Shown here in pieces: positions 38,142 through 48,408 of a stretch of DNA of 64,000 bases (within the stretch, counting starts at the first letter, position 1; every line of letters begins with the position of its first letter). This DNA comes from an uncultured Chlamydiales bacterium. Lineage in GTDB: Bacteria; Chlamydiota; Chlamydiia; Chlamydiales; Rhabdochlamydiaceae. A program made the translations under genes and the position numbers. Where the stretch lies: NCBI GenBank assembly GCA_963700985.1, contig OY969554.1:288001-352000 (forward strand), written 5' to 3'. The notes beneath the pieces are model-generated. The model did no database searches. It had not been told where the DNA came from and saw nothing but the letters and a program-made list of their open reading frames with translations.

Positions 38142-41100
38142 CTACTTGCCTGGCTTGCCGCTTGCACGAGGAAGTGGAGGACGCACACCGAGTTTCGGTA
38201 AGACGTTTGCTTCAGCTTCCGTTTTAGCTCCTGCTGCCTTGCTTGTAGATTTTGCTTCTACGAGGCCATTCACACTGATTCTATACACAGGGGCAATGGC
38301 TTGCAGTCCAGAAAGATCGACCTTAACCAGCGGGTTATTCAGCGCAAAAGCATACATGTTTGGCCCGTCGATGTATCGATGTGGATCTGGGGTGAGCCAG
38401 TGTCCAGTTTCTGGGTCGTAATAGCGCATTCCGAAATACGCAAGCCCGATCTCATCATCTATGCGTTTTGAAGAAAAACGCCAGGGCTGTGAAATATGTG
38501 GAATGTAGGGCACAGCTTTTTCTTCTCCGAAGGCAGTGTAACGATACTGTTCAACCATCGTACGCGAGCTGAATGAAAGAAGCGCACTTATGTTGCCTTG
38601 CAGATCATGCAGAGGAGCATAAATCTCTTCACCTAATTCAATTGCTACAGTAGCACCGATATCAGCCTGTGTTGTTCTTCCTAACACACGTAGCTGGACG
38701 AGATTGCCTGAAGCATCGGCTGCACCAATCTCATTCGTGTCGTCATAAAGGAAAGACAATCTTTGCTGTTCATTCCAGTCATTTTCTTTCCAGGCATAGG
38801 AAAACTTCTCTTGGCGTCTATTCCAGCCATCATAAGTATAAGCTAAACGCCAGGCATAGGGTTTAGTGACTTCGACTAACCGGTCAAGGGCGTCGTAGCG
38901 GAAGTAGACTTCACCTTGAGCAGTGCGCTTGCAGATGAGGTTGCCACAGGGATCATAAAAATAACGTGTCTGTGGAGTAGAGAGCAGTTGTTTTAATGGA
39001 TCAACCTGATAGTTAAATCCATCTTTGCTCAAACGATTCTGATGCGAGTCGTAGGTATAGCTATGAGAAAATATACCCTCCTCTTGTGTGAGTTGGTGCA
39101 GATTGTCATATTGATACTCTACGTCGAAATCTTTTCGAGGTGTTTTCCAAGCCATCTTTTCGATATTTCCTGCGACATCAAAGGAGAGCACTTTTTGTTC
39201 GCCCCAACGAGATGCGAGCGCAGCTTTGCGCCCCATAACATCGAAGTTATAAATCACTCTACCCATGCCTCCGATAGGCCGCTCTTCAAGGAGGTTTCCT
39301 GAAAGGTCATATTTCGCAAAGTGGTGCATATATTGGAGAAGCCCCTCTTTGGAATTGCGGATGACCTTTTTCATGTTCAGGGCATCATAGGTGTAACGAA
39401 CTGTTGAGTTATCTGGGAAGATGGTCTCAATTCGTCTGCCCATGGTGTCATAACGATTTTTCAGAACCAGGCCATTTTCTTGGCTCTCTTCTAGAATACG
39501 ACCTACTGCATCGAGCTCTCGAGCAGTGATTCGCTGTGTCTTGAGATCGCAAGTAGAGGTCTGACGTCCATTACGATCATAGGTAAATGAATAATCGACT
39601 GAATAATCAGAGGAATAGACGCGTACGAGTCTTCCTAAGCCATCATATGTATGATGAATAATCACGCCGTCCGGCTTGATTTTTTGGCTGACTAGACCTT
39701 TATGCGTGTAGGTGTAGCGTGTTACACGCTTATCGTTTGAACCATAACTTTCTGTTAAGGTAAGCAAGCGTTTCATCGGGCCATATTCCCAGCGTGTCTC
39801 AGTCATACGCGGAGGTAATTCTGGCGATAGGATCGTGCTTACTTGTCTAGCTAAATTGCCTGCTGCATCATAAAAGAGCTCTTCTTTAGAAAGAGGTAAA
39901 CCTTCGGCATTCTCTTTTTCAATGCTTGCAAGTCTGCCAAGCGCATCTTGCGTCTCGATTGTACGATTGCCCAGAGTATCAATTACAATTTTACGTGTGA
40001 CAATCTGACCGAGATCGTTTAAGAAGTGCCCGTCATATTCAACTTTTGTAATATCACCAAGAGCATTCGTGTGTTGGATTAGGCGATTGAACGCATCGAA
40101 GAGGAAGCGTTCTTTTGCTTCTTGACCATCAATGATACGTGAAATTGCAGAAGTATTACCTGCATTGTCATATTCAAAGCGGATCAATGAAAGCAATTTA
40201 CCTTTGCCATTTTCAACACGCTCTTCGATCACGCGATCCATGAAGTCATATTGCTTGTATGTCAGCTGTGTGACATTTTGGGTGCCTTTTTCTATGGAAG
40301 CGATGCGTCCTAAGTTATCATAGGTATAAAGTGTTTTCTCACCTTGGATCTCTTCGGCGATTTTTCTTCCAGCTGAATCGTATGCGTAGGTCGTGGTATT
40401 TCCTTCCGCATCGGTTTTTGCTAATAGGTTAAATGCATCGTATACAAAATGCTCTTCGGAGAGGAGACCTCCAGTTGAACTTACGATTTTTTTAGATGTG
40501 ACTCTGCCCGCAAAATCATAAGTGTAATGGGTAGCATTTTGCTCTTGATCGTAGTGCGTTTTTAAAGTGCCATCGAGAGAGTAAATGAATTTTTCGCGTC
40601 CATTATCTGGGTGGATAATCAGAAATGGTTTATCTCTAACTGTGTAAGAGAAAGAGGTGGTTTCGTTTTTGGCATTTGTTTCACTTAAAACTCGTCCCAG
40701 CGCATCACACTGTTTATATGTGGTGGGATGGAGGAGTCTTCCCTCTAGATCTAAAACAGCAGGGTAGTGCGTTGCAAGCTCGTGGCCAGCTGCATCAAAT
40801 ACTGAATGGGTCTCATTTCCTTGTGGATCGATTGTAGCAACTTTATTGCCTTTAAGATTGTACTTATAGGAAGTTGTTTTAATCGTTCCGTCGATATTCT
40901 GCTCGTCCACTTGGGCAAGACGGTTAGCGAAATCGTAGGTTAATCTTTTTGAACCTTTGCCATTAAAATCTTGATAGAGGATTTTATTGCCATTTGCATC
41001 AAAGATAGACTTGGCGATTTTGCCGAAAGCATTGCGTTCTTCAATCGGATAACCCATTGAGTTATAGCGAGTTTGAAGAGTATAAGCTAGAGAGTTATTA

Positions 41101-42983
41101 GCGTCATAAATCTCTTGCTTAGCAACATTTCCATCAGCTGAATAGATAAGGTCCGTGCGCTTCAGGAGCTTCTCTTCATTGGTTTCTAAGTCGACATAGC
41201 GTTCTTCGATGCTATGGGGAAGACCAATGAATGGTTCCTCTGTTCGTGGGATTATCGCTTTTACCTTGCGGACGTTGACTCCAGTTAGATCGGCTTTGTC
41301 AAGAGAAGAACCATTGTCGCTAATTTCGCGCAGTAGGATGAGATCTTCATTATATTCGAAAAAGTCGCGTTGTCTAACTTTACCATTTTCGAGATGTAAT
41401 CTTGCTGTGACAAGATCCGAGTTAGGTAAATAGGAGAAGACGAGGCCCTGGCCATTATCTTCTTCTACTTTTAGCAGTAAATTGCGTCCGTCTTGTGAAT
41501 AAGTGTAACGTTTTGCATACCACTCGATGCCATTTTCTTCAGGGAGGCCTTGCGCATTTAATTTTAGCGCAGTTGAGCGTGTGCCGCTGAGGTTTCCATA
41601 AAATTTCTCAAGTGTAACGTTGCTGTTGTTGTCGTAAAAAAATCTACGGCTATAGACTGGATTGTTGTGCTGATCCAAGAAGGTGCGGCAGAGCAGGTTC
41701 GTGTCATTTTCCCAAATAAACTGCTCAGCGCTGAGAAGAGCAGAACCACGCTCTTTACTATCGTAATTTTCAATGGATTTGAGTCTTAAAGAGGGGGTGT
41801 ATCGATAGATTGTTTTGCTTCCATCGTTTTGATATACCTCAGTAATACCCGTCAGTTGTTTATTAGCCTGTGGTACAGTGTAAACAAAGGAGTGTGTAGT
41901 TGAGAGATTGCCATTGTCACCAATAGGAGCTAGCAGCTCCTTTACGCGGTAATATCTAGGATCAGATTTATTATTGAGAACGATATCCTGTCCATTTACA
42001 GAGTTATGGGTGGCTGCGTAATAATCGGCAGCAACCGCATTACCTGGAGTAAATCGGCGCTGAGTTACAAGAGGGCTGCTTGGTTTATAGGGATTAGAAT
42101 AGTCGATCTCATCTTCGGGAAACCCATCACATACCACTTGTTCGAGAATAAACGCGTCGGTGTTGCCTCGCTCATCTAGTTTGCGGAACTGGTATTGAAG
42201 TTTTTTAGCGTTGCTAGTCTCGATTTCTACGCTGCGGATCTGTTGCTGTTCTTCTTTATAGCTAAACTTAGCCCATGCATAGGTCTTTGTGCCACTTCCA
42301 TTCGTTGTTTTAATAGTGGCGATCTCATCATTTCGATCATATGAATAATGGATCATGTTTCCATGGGGTAGCTTTTCCCAAAGAAGATAGTAGTGCGTTG
42401 TGAGGAATTCTTTTTCTACGTGACTATGTTGGCCAGGGATTTTTCCATAGCAACGTTCTGTGCCATCGGCGGCAAAAACCTTTAACTCACTTTGATCTGC
42501 TGACAGTGAGACATGATTGTTTTTCAGGTTAGTGCGGCCAGAAATTTCTCCATGCGCTGAATTTGTTAGCCCTTTACCAAAAAGACTTACATTCAATGGC
42601 TTAAAGTTAGTCGTAACGGAATTTTTGATCTTCGCGTTACCTGCGGTAGAGTAGTATAAGGTTGCTCCTGTTGGTTCTGGAACATAGGCTGTGCCTCTGG
42701 CTCCGTGTACGAACGCATAAAGGTGAGGGTGCAAGGACCATTTGGCAAGTTTTCCTTTGCCATTGCCGCTGACATAGCTGCGTTTTAAGTGGATGGGTTC
42801 TTGTCCTTCGATGGTTAAATCTTCTTGTGAAATGAAAAAATCGCCTGTTAAGACGTTCACGCAGGAAGAGACAAAGGAAGAGGGATCTCCTTCAGTAACA
42901 GATAGTACGCTCGGCCGTTTTGTGGCACAGTTTCCATCGATCGCAAAGCCGAGGACGAGAGAGCAAGCAAGAAGAGTTCGCAT
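38142..42983 (-). CDS. Rhs/YD-repeat protein with short (53-aa) C-terminal tip
   Basis: Signal-like N-terminus, VNVLTGDFF...LKRSY (DUF6531-like), many YD repeats, core end RYYDPETGHWLTPDP...NMYAFALNNPLVKVDLSGL. Confidence 0.93.
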   Translation of the reverse strand: MRTLLACSLVLGFAIDGNCATKRPSVLSVTEGDPSSFVSSCVNVLTGDFFISQEDLTIEGQEPIHLKRSYVSGNGKGKLAKWSLHPHLYAFVHGARGTAYVPEPTGATLYYSTAGNAKIKNSVTTNFKPLNVSLFGKGLTNSAHGEISGRTNLKNNHVSLSADQSELKVFAADGTERCYGKIPGQHSHVEKEFLTTHYYLLWEKLPHGNMIHYSYDRNDEIATIKTTNGSGTKTYAWAKFSYKEEQQQIRSVEIETSNAKKLQYQFRKLDERGNTDAFILEQVVCDGFPEDEIDYSNPYKPSSPLVTQRRFTPGNAVAADYYAATHNSVNGQDIVLNNKSDPRYYRVKELLAPIGDNGNLSTTHSFVYTVPQANKQLTGITEVYQNDGSKTIYRYTPSLRLKSIENYDSKERGSALLSAEQFIWENDTNLLCRTFLDQHNNPVYSRRFFYDNNSNVTLEKFYGNLSGTRSTALKLNAQGLPEENGIEWYAKRYTYSQDGRNLLLKVEEDNGQGLVFSYLPNSDLVTARLHLENGKVRQRDFFEYNEDLILLREISDNGSSLDKADLTGVNVRKVKAIIPRTEEPFIGLPHSIEERYVDLETNEEKLLKRTDLIYSADGNVAKQEIYDANNSLAYTLQTRYNSMGYPIEERNAFGKIAKSIFDANGNKILYQDFNGKGSKRLTYDFANRLAQVDEQNIDGTIKTTSYKYNLKGNKVATIDPQGNETHSVFDAAGHELATHYPAVLDLEGRLLHPTTYKQCDALGRVLSETNAKNETTSFSYTVRDKPFLIIHPDNGREKFIYSLDGTLKTHYDQEQNATHYTYDFAGRVTSKKIVSSTGGLLSEEHFVYDAFNLLAKTDAEGNTTTYAYDSAGRKIAEEIQGEKTLYTYDNLGRIASIEKGTQNVTQLTYKQYDFMDRVIEERVENGKGKLLSLIRFEYDNAGNTSAISRIIDGQEAKERFLFDAFNRLIQHTNALGDITKVEYDGHFLNDLGQIVTRKIVIDTLGNRTIETQDALGRLASIEKENAEGLPLSKEELFYDAAGNLARQVSTILSPELPPRMTETRWEYGPMKRLLTLTESYGSNDKRVTRYTYTHKGLVSQKIKPDGVIIHHTYDGLGRLVRVYSSDYSVDYSFTYDRNGRQTSTCDLKTQRITARELDAVGRILEESQENGLVLKNRYDTMGRRIETIFPDNSTVRYTYDALNMKKVIRNSKEGLLQYMHHFAKYDLSGNLLEERPIGGMGRVIYNFDVMGRKAALASRWGEQKVLSFDVAGNIEKMAWKTPRKDFDVEYQYDNLHQLTQEEGIFSHSYTYDSHQNRLSKDGFNYQVDPLKQLLSTPQTRYFYDPCGNLICKRTAQGEVYFRYDALDRLVEVTKPYAWRLAYTYDGWNRRQEKFSYAWKENDWNEQQRLSFLYDDTNEIGAADASGNLVQLRVLGRTTQADIGATVAIELGEEIYAPLHDLQGNISALLSFSSRTMVEQYRYTAFGEEKAVPYIPHISQPWRFSSKRIDDEIGLAYFGMRYYDPETGHWLTPDPHRYIDGPNMYAFALNNPLVKVDLSGLQAIAPVYRISVNGLVEAKSTSKAAGAKTEAEANVLPKLGVRPPLPRASGKPGK

Positions 42984-43025
42984 AAGCCCACCATTTGAAG
43001 AGTTGAGAAGTTGAAGTTACTAAAG

Positions 43026-43910
43026 TTAAAGATTCTCTGTAGTTTTTGGCAAGCATTCTCGATCACTTGAAAGATCAGAGAGAAGGTCGGGGTGATGTTT
43101 TTTTAGCCAACGGTGAAGGCGAGAAGTTAGACGTTCTACCTCTGCGCGCTGCCCTGAGGGCTCCTTTACTCTTTCATCTTTTAGAAATGAGCCCAGGTCT
43201 AATGCGATAGCTTTTTTATTTGATGCCCCGAAATTGCGTTTAAAAGAAGCGTCCGTATTTGTGATGCCTTTCTGGCACTGTTTATTAATTAAACGCATAA
43301 GCGAGCGGATCTGTTCTTTTGCGGCCGCAACTTCATTTTGCTGCATTCTTTTATCTATGGCTTCACAAAAAGGCTCAACATGTTCTTGCAATACGAACTC
43401 TGTGGCATCTAAATCGACCTCATGGCGAACGCCCAGCTTATCATAGATCGTTAAGCGTTGAAATGCCCCCTGCGTCTTATTCAAATGGAGATAGAGAAGA
43501 GCTGTCTCTTCTCTAAGTTCATCATATGCGAGCTTTGCGCTATCAAACAGCGGAGTTAAGTCATAGCGCGATTTACGTGCTAAAATGGAGTTTTTCAATT
43601 GGGTTGGAAGGGGAAGATAGCGTATGAGCTGCTTTGGGCTTAAGTGATCATGCCTGAAAAACTTGAGCACTGTTTTCTGATCGCTTCCTAGAAAAGCGTA
43701 AAACTGCTCGCCATTTCCTAAATAAAAGAAAGGCTGCGCTAAAAGCTGTTCTTTCATTGCAGCTGGCAGAGAAAGTGTTTCCCATCTTTCTCTATTGGGC
43801 ATCGCACTAACAATCTCATAGAGACGGAAGCCGGCCGTCTGCATATTACAGACCCAATTAGTAGCCCCAATCACAACTAGTGCAAAAACCACCTTGAAAA
43901 ATGTTCGCAA
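43026..43910 (-). CDS. Membrane-anchored kinase-like paralogue K1
   Basis: LGNGEQFYAF...VLKFF; GITNTDASFKRNFG...LDLGSF. Confidence 0.72.
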   Translation of the reverse strand: MRTFFKVVFALVVIGATNWVCNMQTAGFRLYEIVSAMPNRERWETLSLPAAMKEQLLAQPFFYLGNGEQFYAFLGSDQKTVLKFFRHDHLSPKQLIRYLPLPTQLKNSILARKSRYDLTPLFDSAKLAYDELREETALLYLHLNKTQGAFQRLTIYDKLGVRHEVDLDATEFVLQEHVEPFCEAIDKRMQQNEVAAAKEQIRSLMRLINKQCQKGITNTDASFKRNFGASNKKAIALDLGSFLKDERVKEPSGQRAEVERLTSRLHRWLKKHHPDLLSDLSSDRECLPKTTENL

Positions 43911-44055
43911 ACGGCACTTTCTCCAATAGGATACTGATCGTAACTCTCTTTGATACGATAAAAGTTGGTCAAATTATTAGCCACGCCTTTGAAATCTTAT
44001 TAGAGGGAGAAGCGTAATTTCATCAGCGTCTCTGCTCTTCTCTGCGCTGATGAAG

Positions 44056-44952
44056 TTATCTCTCAGCTGTTTCTTGGGATAAGGCTTCGATCATTGTGTT
44101 GTAGTCGTGCCAAAGCTCGTGATCGCATTTGGCAAGTGAGCGGGAGAGACGCCAAGTTTTTTCTTTCACCTCTTTTTGCAGGTTTTGGCGTTGAGCTAGC
44201 GCAGGATCTTTTGAGAAAGAGCCAATATCGATTGCAACGGCTCGGCCATTGAGCAGGCCAGTGTTGCGACGAAATCCATTGTCATTATCTTTAATGCCTT
44301 TTTGGCAGCGAGAAGCGACGTTGTTAAGGATGGAAGCGATTGCTCGCTTGGCTTCTTCTTTTTTGCCGTCACGGATCATTTTTTTTACGGTAGCGTGGGC
44401 AAGCGAAGCGCGCTTTTGCAGCGCAAACTCTAAATTGTCTAGATCGACCTGATGCGAAATGCCCAATTTGTCGATGAGTGTGATGCTGCGCTTCCACTGG
44501 TTTGTTTTATTGAGTTGCATATACAAAAGGCCGGTTTCTTCGCGCAATTCATCAAAGGCGATTTTGCAGCTTTGGAAAAACTGCGCTTGATGTTTTTCGC
44601 GTGCCCGGATGAATGAAGTAGCAATTTCAGGGAGCGGAAGTGCTTTCAAACCAGAAAAATTATTCAAGTGGTGATGCTTGAAGAGTTTCAGCACGCTTTT
44701 TCCGTCTTGGCTTAAAAATGCGTAGGCCTGGCCCCCACTACCTAAAAAGGTAAAGGGCTGTGCCAGGATCTTTTGAACTGCGGCTAACTCAGGCGCTGAG
44801 AGGGGCGTGACGTCGCGATTTGGATCATAGGTGAGATTCGAAAGGATATTGCAGACCTTAAATCCTTCTGTTTTTTGATGACAGAAGCGCTCTGTAAAAC
44901 GAAAAGCCAAACAGAAGCAGAGCAGTTTAAACCAGAAAGAGAGGTGTTTCAT
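44056..44952 (-). CDS. Membrane-anchored kinase-like paralogue K2
   Basis: LGSGGQAYAF...VLKLF; GIKDNDNGFRRNTG...IDIGSF. Confidence 0.72.
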   Translation of the reverse strand: MKHLSFWFKLLCFCLAFRFTERFCHQKTEGFKVCNILSNLTYDPNRDVTPLSAPELAAVQKILAQPFTFLGSGGQAYAFLSQDGKSVLKLFKHHHLNNFSGLKALPLPEIATSFIRAREKHQAQFFQSCKIAFDELREETGLLYMQLNKTNQWKRSITLIDKLGISHQVDLDNLEFALQKRASLAHATVKKMIRDGKKEEAKRAIASILNNVASRCQKGIKDNDNGFRRNTGLLNGRAVAIDIGSFSKDPALAQRQNLQKEVKEKTWRLSRSLAKCDHELWHDYNTMIEALSQETAER

Positions 44953-45827
44953 GAATTCTCAAGGATTTTGTTAAATTCTTCTTCAAATGCCACCAGAAGT
45001 TCGGGGAAGTGTTTTGTAAGCAGGCAGCGTAAAGGCAGCGTCTCGTAAAAGAGTTCGCGTTTGTAGGTTTGGGGGTGCTTTAAAAATACATTTTTAGAGA
45101 ATGAACCCACATCGATTACAATCGCATGCTCTTTCAAAAATCCAAAATTCTTGCATAGAGTTGGATCTCGATCTGCAATCCCTTTTTTGCAGCGCTCAAC
45201 AATTAGGGACATTAGAGCTGAGATCTGTTTTCTTGCAGCTTCTGCATCGCCATTTTCTAAACTACGTTCTAAAGAAGGCATAAGCAGATCAGCGCGTTTT
45301 TGAACCATGAACTGCACCTCGTCTAAAGCCACTTTATGCTTTAGGCCTAACTTGTCGATAAGAGTGATAACAGGAAGTTGTTTGGTGGTTTTGCTCAAGT
45401 GTAAATAGAGCAGGCCGGTCTCTGCTTTTAATTCTTCGTAGGCAATTTTACAGCTGGCAAAGGTGCTTGTTAAACGCTCTTCTTTTTCGCGTTTTAGTTT
45501 TTCAAGATTTGCGAGGGGCAAGATCTTGGCAATTAGTTGTGCTTGGCGGATGTGATGGTGTTTAAAAACTTTTAATACGATCTGCTTGTCTTGGCTGAGG
45601 AATGCATAGCACTCGAGACCGCTATCTAAAAAGGTAAAAGGCTGAGAAAGGAGCGTTTGCAACTCAATTGAGGGGAGATCTGCTGGAGTATTCACGAATG
45701 CCGTTTCAGAATAGATATTCGGCAAGCTAAAGCCACGCGTTTGTTTGTGACAAAAGCGTTCTAAGGCAAAAAAGATGCCGATACCGATAAATAGTTTAAT
45801 TACGCTCGAGGATAGTTTGAATCTCAT
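44949..45827 (-). CDS. Membrane-anchored kinase-like paralogue K3
   Basis: LDSGLECYAF...VLKVF; GIADRDPTLCKNFG...IDVGSF. Confidence 0.72.
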   Translation of the reverse strand: MRFKLSSSVIKLFIGIGIFFALERFCHKQTRGFSLPNIYSETAFVNTPADLPSIELQTLLSQPFTFLDSGLECYAFLSQDKQIVLKVFKHHHIRQAQLIAKILPLANLEKLKREKEERLTSTFASCKIAYEELKAETGLLYLHLSKTTKQLPVITLIDKLGLKHKVALDEVQFMVQKRADLLMPSLERSLENGDAEAARKQISALMSLIVERCKKGIADRDPTLCKNFGFLKEHAIVIDVGSFSKNVFLKHPQTYKRELFYETLPLRCLLTKHFPELLVAFEEEFNKILENS

Positions 45828-46680
45828 GTGCCACATAATCTGAAAATTCTGGGATGCGATTTGCAGCCCAGCGTTGCATTTTGAACAGCTCCTTGCGCAT
45901 CTCTCTATATTTGTGCTTTGGTTTTCTTACTGATTTTATTTTTTTGTAAGATCCTACATCGATTTCAATAGCTTCTGTGCCAGTAAACCCGATATTGCGA
46001 TCAAAGCGCAGGTCGTGATTCGAGATCTCTTTCTCACAACGCGTGGCTATTAGTTTGATAAGGGAGCTTAAACACTGCTCCATCTCTTGGCGCGCGCCTG
46101 CTTTCATAAGCAGGTCGATCTTTTCAGGCAGCATCTCTACTCTTTTTTGGAGTATGAAAGCTGTCTGATCAGCATTGATCTGATGCTCGATGCCCAACTT
46201 ATCAACCAGCGTAATCGTGCGCTTTAAAGAATGCGTTGGCTGTAAATGTGTGCCGAGCATGCCAGTTTCATTCTTAAATTCGTGTTCAGCGATTTCGCAG
46301 CTTGTGAAAATCGAGTTTAATCGCTTGGTGCGTCTTTCCGCTAATGATGTGCGCCAGTTTTCAAGAGAGGCAGGAAGGGGGAATGTTTTTAAAATCCCTT
46401 TGATGGGGAAATTGTGGTAATGCTTAAAAACCTTAAGCACAGTCTGTTCATCTTGGCCTAAAAAAGCATAGCATTGGACGCCACTGCCCAAAAATGTGAA
46501 GCGCTGGTCTAAGAGTTTGCCAAACGAGGGGTTTTCGTTATGGGGATATGTAGGTTGAAAAACAAAATCAGAATGCAGCTTATCTAAGCGGAAGCCAGCT
46601 GTCTGATAACGGCAAAAACGTTCAACCGCAAAGATTGCGAGCAGCGAACAAACAATTGTAAATGTTTTTTTAAAGCGCAT
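45796..46680 (-). CDS. Membrane-anchored kinase-like paralogue K4
   Basis: LGSGVQCYAF...VLKVF; EISNHDLRFDRNIG...IDVGSY. Confidence 0.72.
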   Translation of the reverse strand: MRFKKTFTIVCSLLAIFAVERFCRYQTAGFRLDKLHSDFVFQPTYPHNENPSFGKLLDQRFTFLGSGVQCYAFLGQDEQTVLKVFKHYHNFPIKGILKTFPLPASLENWRTSLAERRTKRLNSIFTSCEIAEHEFKNETGMLGTHLQPTHSLKRTITLVDKLGIEHQINADQTAFILQKRVEMLPEKIDLLMKAGARQEMEQCLSSLIKLIATRCEKEISNHDLRFDRNIGFTGTEAIEIDVGSYKKIKSVRKPKHKYREMRKELFKMQRWAANRIPEFSDYVAHEIQTILERN

Positions 46681-47548
46681 GCGGACATTGTATCTCTTCT
46701 TCTAAGAAGAGGGCAAGTCCGGCTTCACGCATAGCCAGCCAATCCCTCAGGCTTTGGGTGATTTTTCGGATTTCTGCTAGAGCAAGCGCGCTGGGTTTTG
46801 CATCAATATTTTTTGAAAATGGTCCTAAATCTAGAAAAATAGCTTTACCCTCGATGAAACCGATGTTAGTACGAATCAGCGGATCTCGGTCACTTAGCTC
46901 TTTATTCAGGCGGCTCTGCAGCAGGGCAAGCAAAGAAGAGATTCCTTGTTGAGCAGATAAAATATCGCCTTTTTGAAGCCACTCTTCAAACTGAGGATAG
47001 GCTAGTGTTGCCCTTTTTTGGAGGATGAAACCCATATTATCGAGATCAACTGCATGTGCAATTCCTAATTTGTCGATCACAGTGACTTTTTTGCGAAGAT
47101 GTTGTGTTGTATTTAGGTGAAGAAAGAGCAGGCCGGTCTCTTCACGTAGATCGGAAAATGAGAGTTCATAGCTTTGCGCGGTCATCTGCATTTTTCTCTG
47201 GAAATATGAGAGCCTTTCTTTTTGCCAAGCAAAGGTTGGAAGCCACTCAAGCATTTGAATGCGTTTTTGATAGTGGTTATTTAATAGTTTAAGCACTGTT
47301 TTTCCATCTCGTGAGAGAAAGACAAAGCTCTGCTTGCCGCGTGCAAGATAGGTAAAGGGCTGGTCTAAAATTTCTAGCGCTTGTTTTTCTAGCTTCGTTG
47401 AGCAGATTTGTTGAACATTAAAAGTGTTGTCCTGGATTTTTGAAATGCGGAAGCCATCGGTCGCTTTGTGGCAGAAGCGGCTGATACCAATCGCAAGCAG
47501 AGCCAAGCTTAAGAGTTTAACAATTCTCTTTTTAATTATTTTCTTCAT
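46670..47548 (-). CDS. Membrane-anchored kinase-like paralogue K5
   Basis: LARGKQSFVF...VLKLL; ELSDRDPLIRTNIG...LDLGPF. Confidence 0.72.
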   Translation of the reverse strand: MKKIIKKRIVKLLSLALLAIGISRFCHKATDGFRISKIQDNTFNVQQICSTKLEKQALEILDQPFTYLARGKQSFVFLSRDGKTVLKLLNNHYQKRIQMLEWLPTFAWQKERLSYFQRKMQMTAQSYELSFSDLREETGLLFLHLNTTQHLRKKVTVIDKLGIAHAVDLDNMGFILQKRATLAYPQFEEWLQKGDILSAQQGISSLLALLQSRLNKELSDRDPLIRTNIGFIEGKAIFLDLGPFSKNIDAKPSALALAEIRKITQSLRDWLAMREAGLALFLEEEIQCPHAL

Positions 47549-48408
47549 TGAGAGGTCACCAGAGAATCGAGATGTTTAATTAAAAGAGGAGATGTCGAGG
47601 GATCTTCATTGGCAAGCCAGCTCCTCAGACGCGCTGTGATGGCAATGAGATCGCGCTCATAAACATCAGGCTGCTTGCGCGCGCTATCGCGTTTAAATCG
47701 GCCTACGTCGACAAAAATGGGCTCATCACCCACAAACCCTAAGTTTTTATGCAGGCGTGGATCCTCATCAAAAATTCCCAGTTGGCAGCGTTTGCGCAGA
47801 AGTGAGACGGTCTTTTCAAGTGTGGCTTTAGCTGCATCCATTTGATCATTATTAATCTGCCGTTGAAGGTAAGGAAGTAGCATTTCGGCTTTGGCTTGCA
47901 GAATGAAAGCAGTTTTATCGAGGTCGATAGCGTGAGCAATTCCCAACTTATCGACAATCGTGAGTTTTGTGCCAATAGTATTAGTTTCAGTTAAATGAAG
48001 ATGAATGAGCCCGGTTTCTTGTTTTAGCTCATTAAAAGCGAGTAGATAACTATTCAGATCTCGCTGCCATCCTTTTTCAACTCTAGCCACTCTTTTTGCT
48101 GCAGCTTTTTTGAGAAAAGAGGGGAGATGCCAGTCTAAAAGAAAAGCAGGCGTAATGCCTCGGCTCATTAGCTTGAGCACATATTTTCCATCCTGGGAAA
48201 CGAAAGCGAAGCACTGACCTCCGTGACCCAAAAAATAGAACTTCTGATTCAAGATTTTTTTGTCAAAGTTGCATGGCTCATGGCCTTTTGGAAGCGCAAA
48301 TGTGATGCGGGCAATTGAAAACCCCGCTGTCTTTTTTGTGCAAAAGTGACGCAAAGGAATGATTGTCGCGCCTAAAATGAGATAAACTAAGATTAGCTTT
48401 CTGTTCAC
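47545..48408 (-). CDS. Membrane-anchored kinase-like paralogue K6
   Basis: LGHGGQCFAF...VLKLM; GIFDEDPRLHKNLG...VDVGRF. Confidence 0.72.
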   Translation of the reverse strand: MNRKLILVYLILGATIIPLRHFCTKKTAGFSIARITFALPKGHEPCNFDKKILNQKFYFLGHGGQCFAFVSQDGKYVLKLMSRGITPAFLLDWHLPSFLKKAAAKRVARVEKGWQRDLNSYLLAFNELKQETGLIHLHLTETNTIGTKLTIVDKLGIAHAIDLDKTAFILQAKAEMLLPYLQRQINNDQMDAAKATLEKTVSLLRKRCQLGIFDEDPRLHKNLGFVGDEPIFVDVGRFKRDSARKQPDVYERDLIAITARLRSWLANEDPSTSPLLIKHLDSLVTSQ

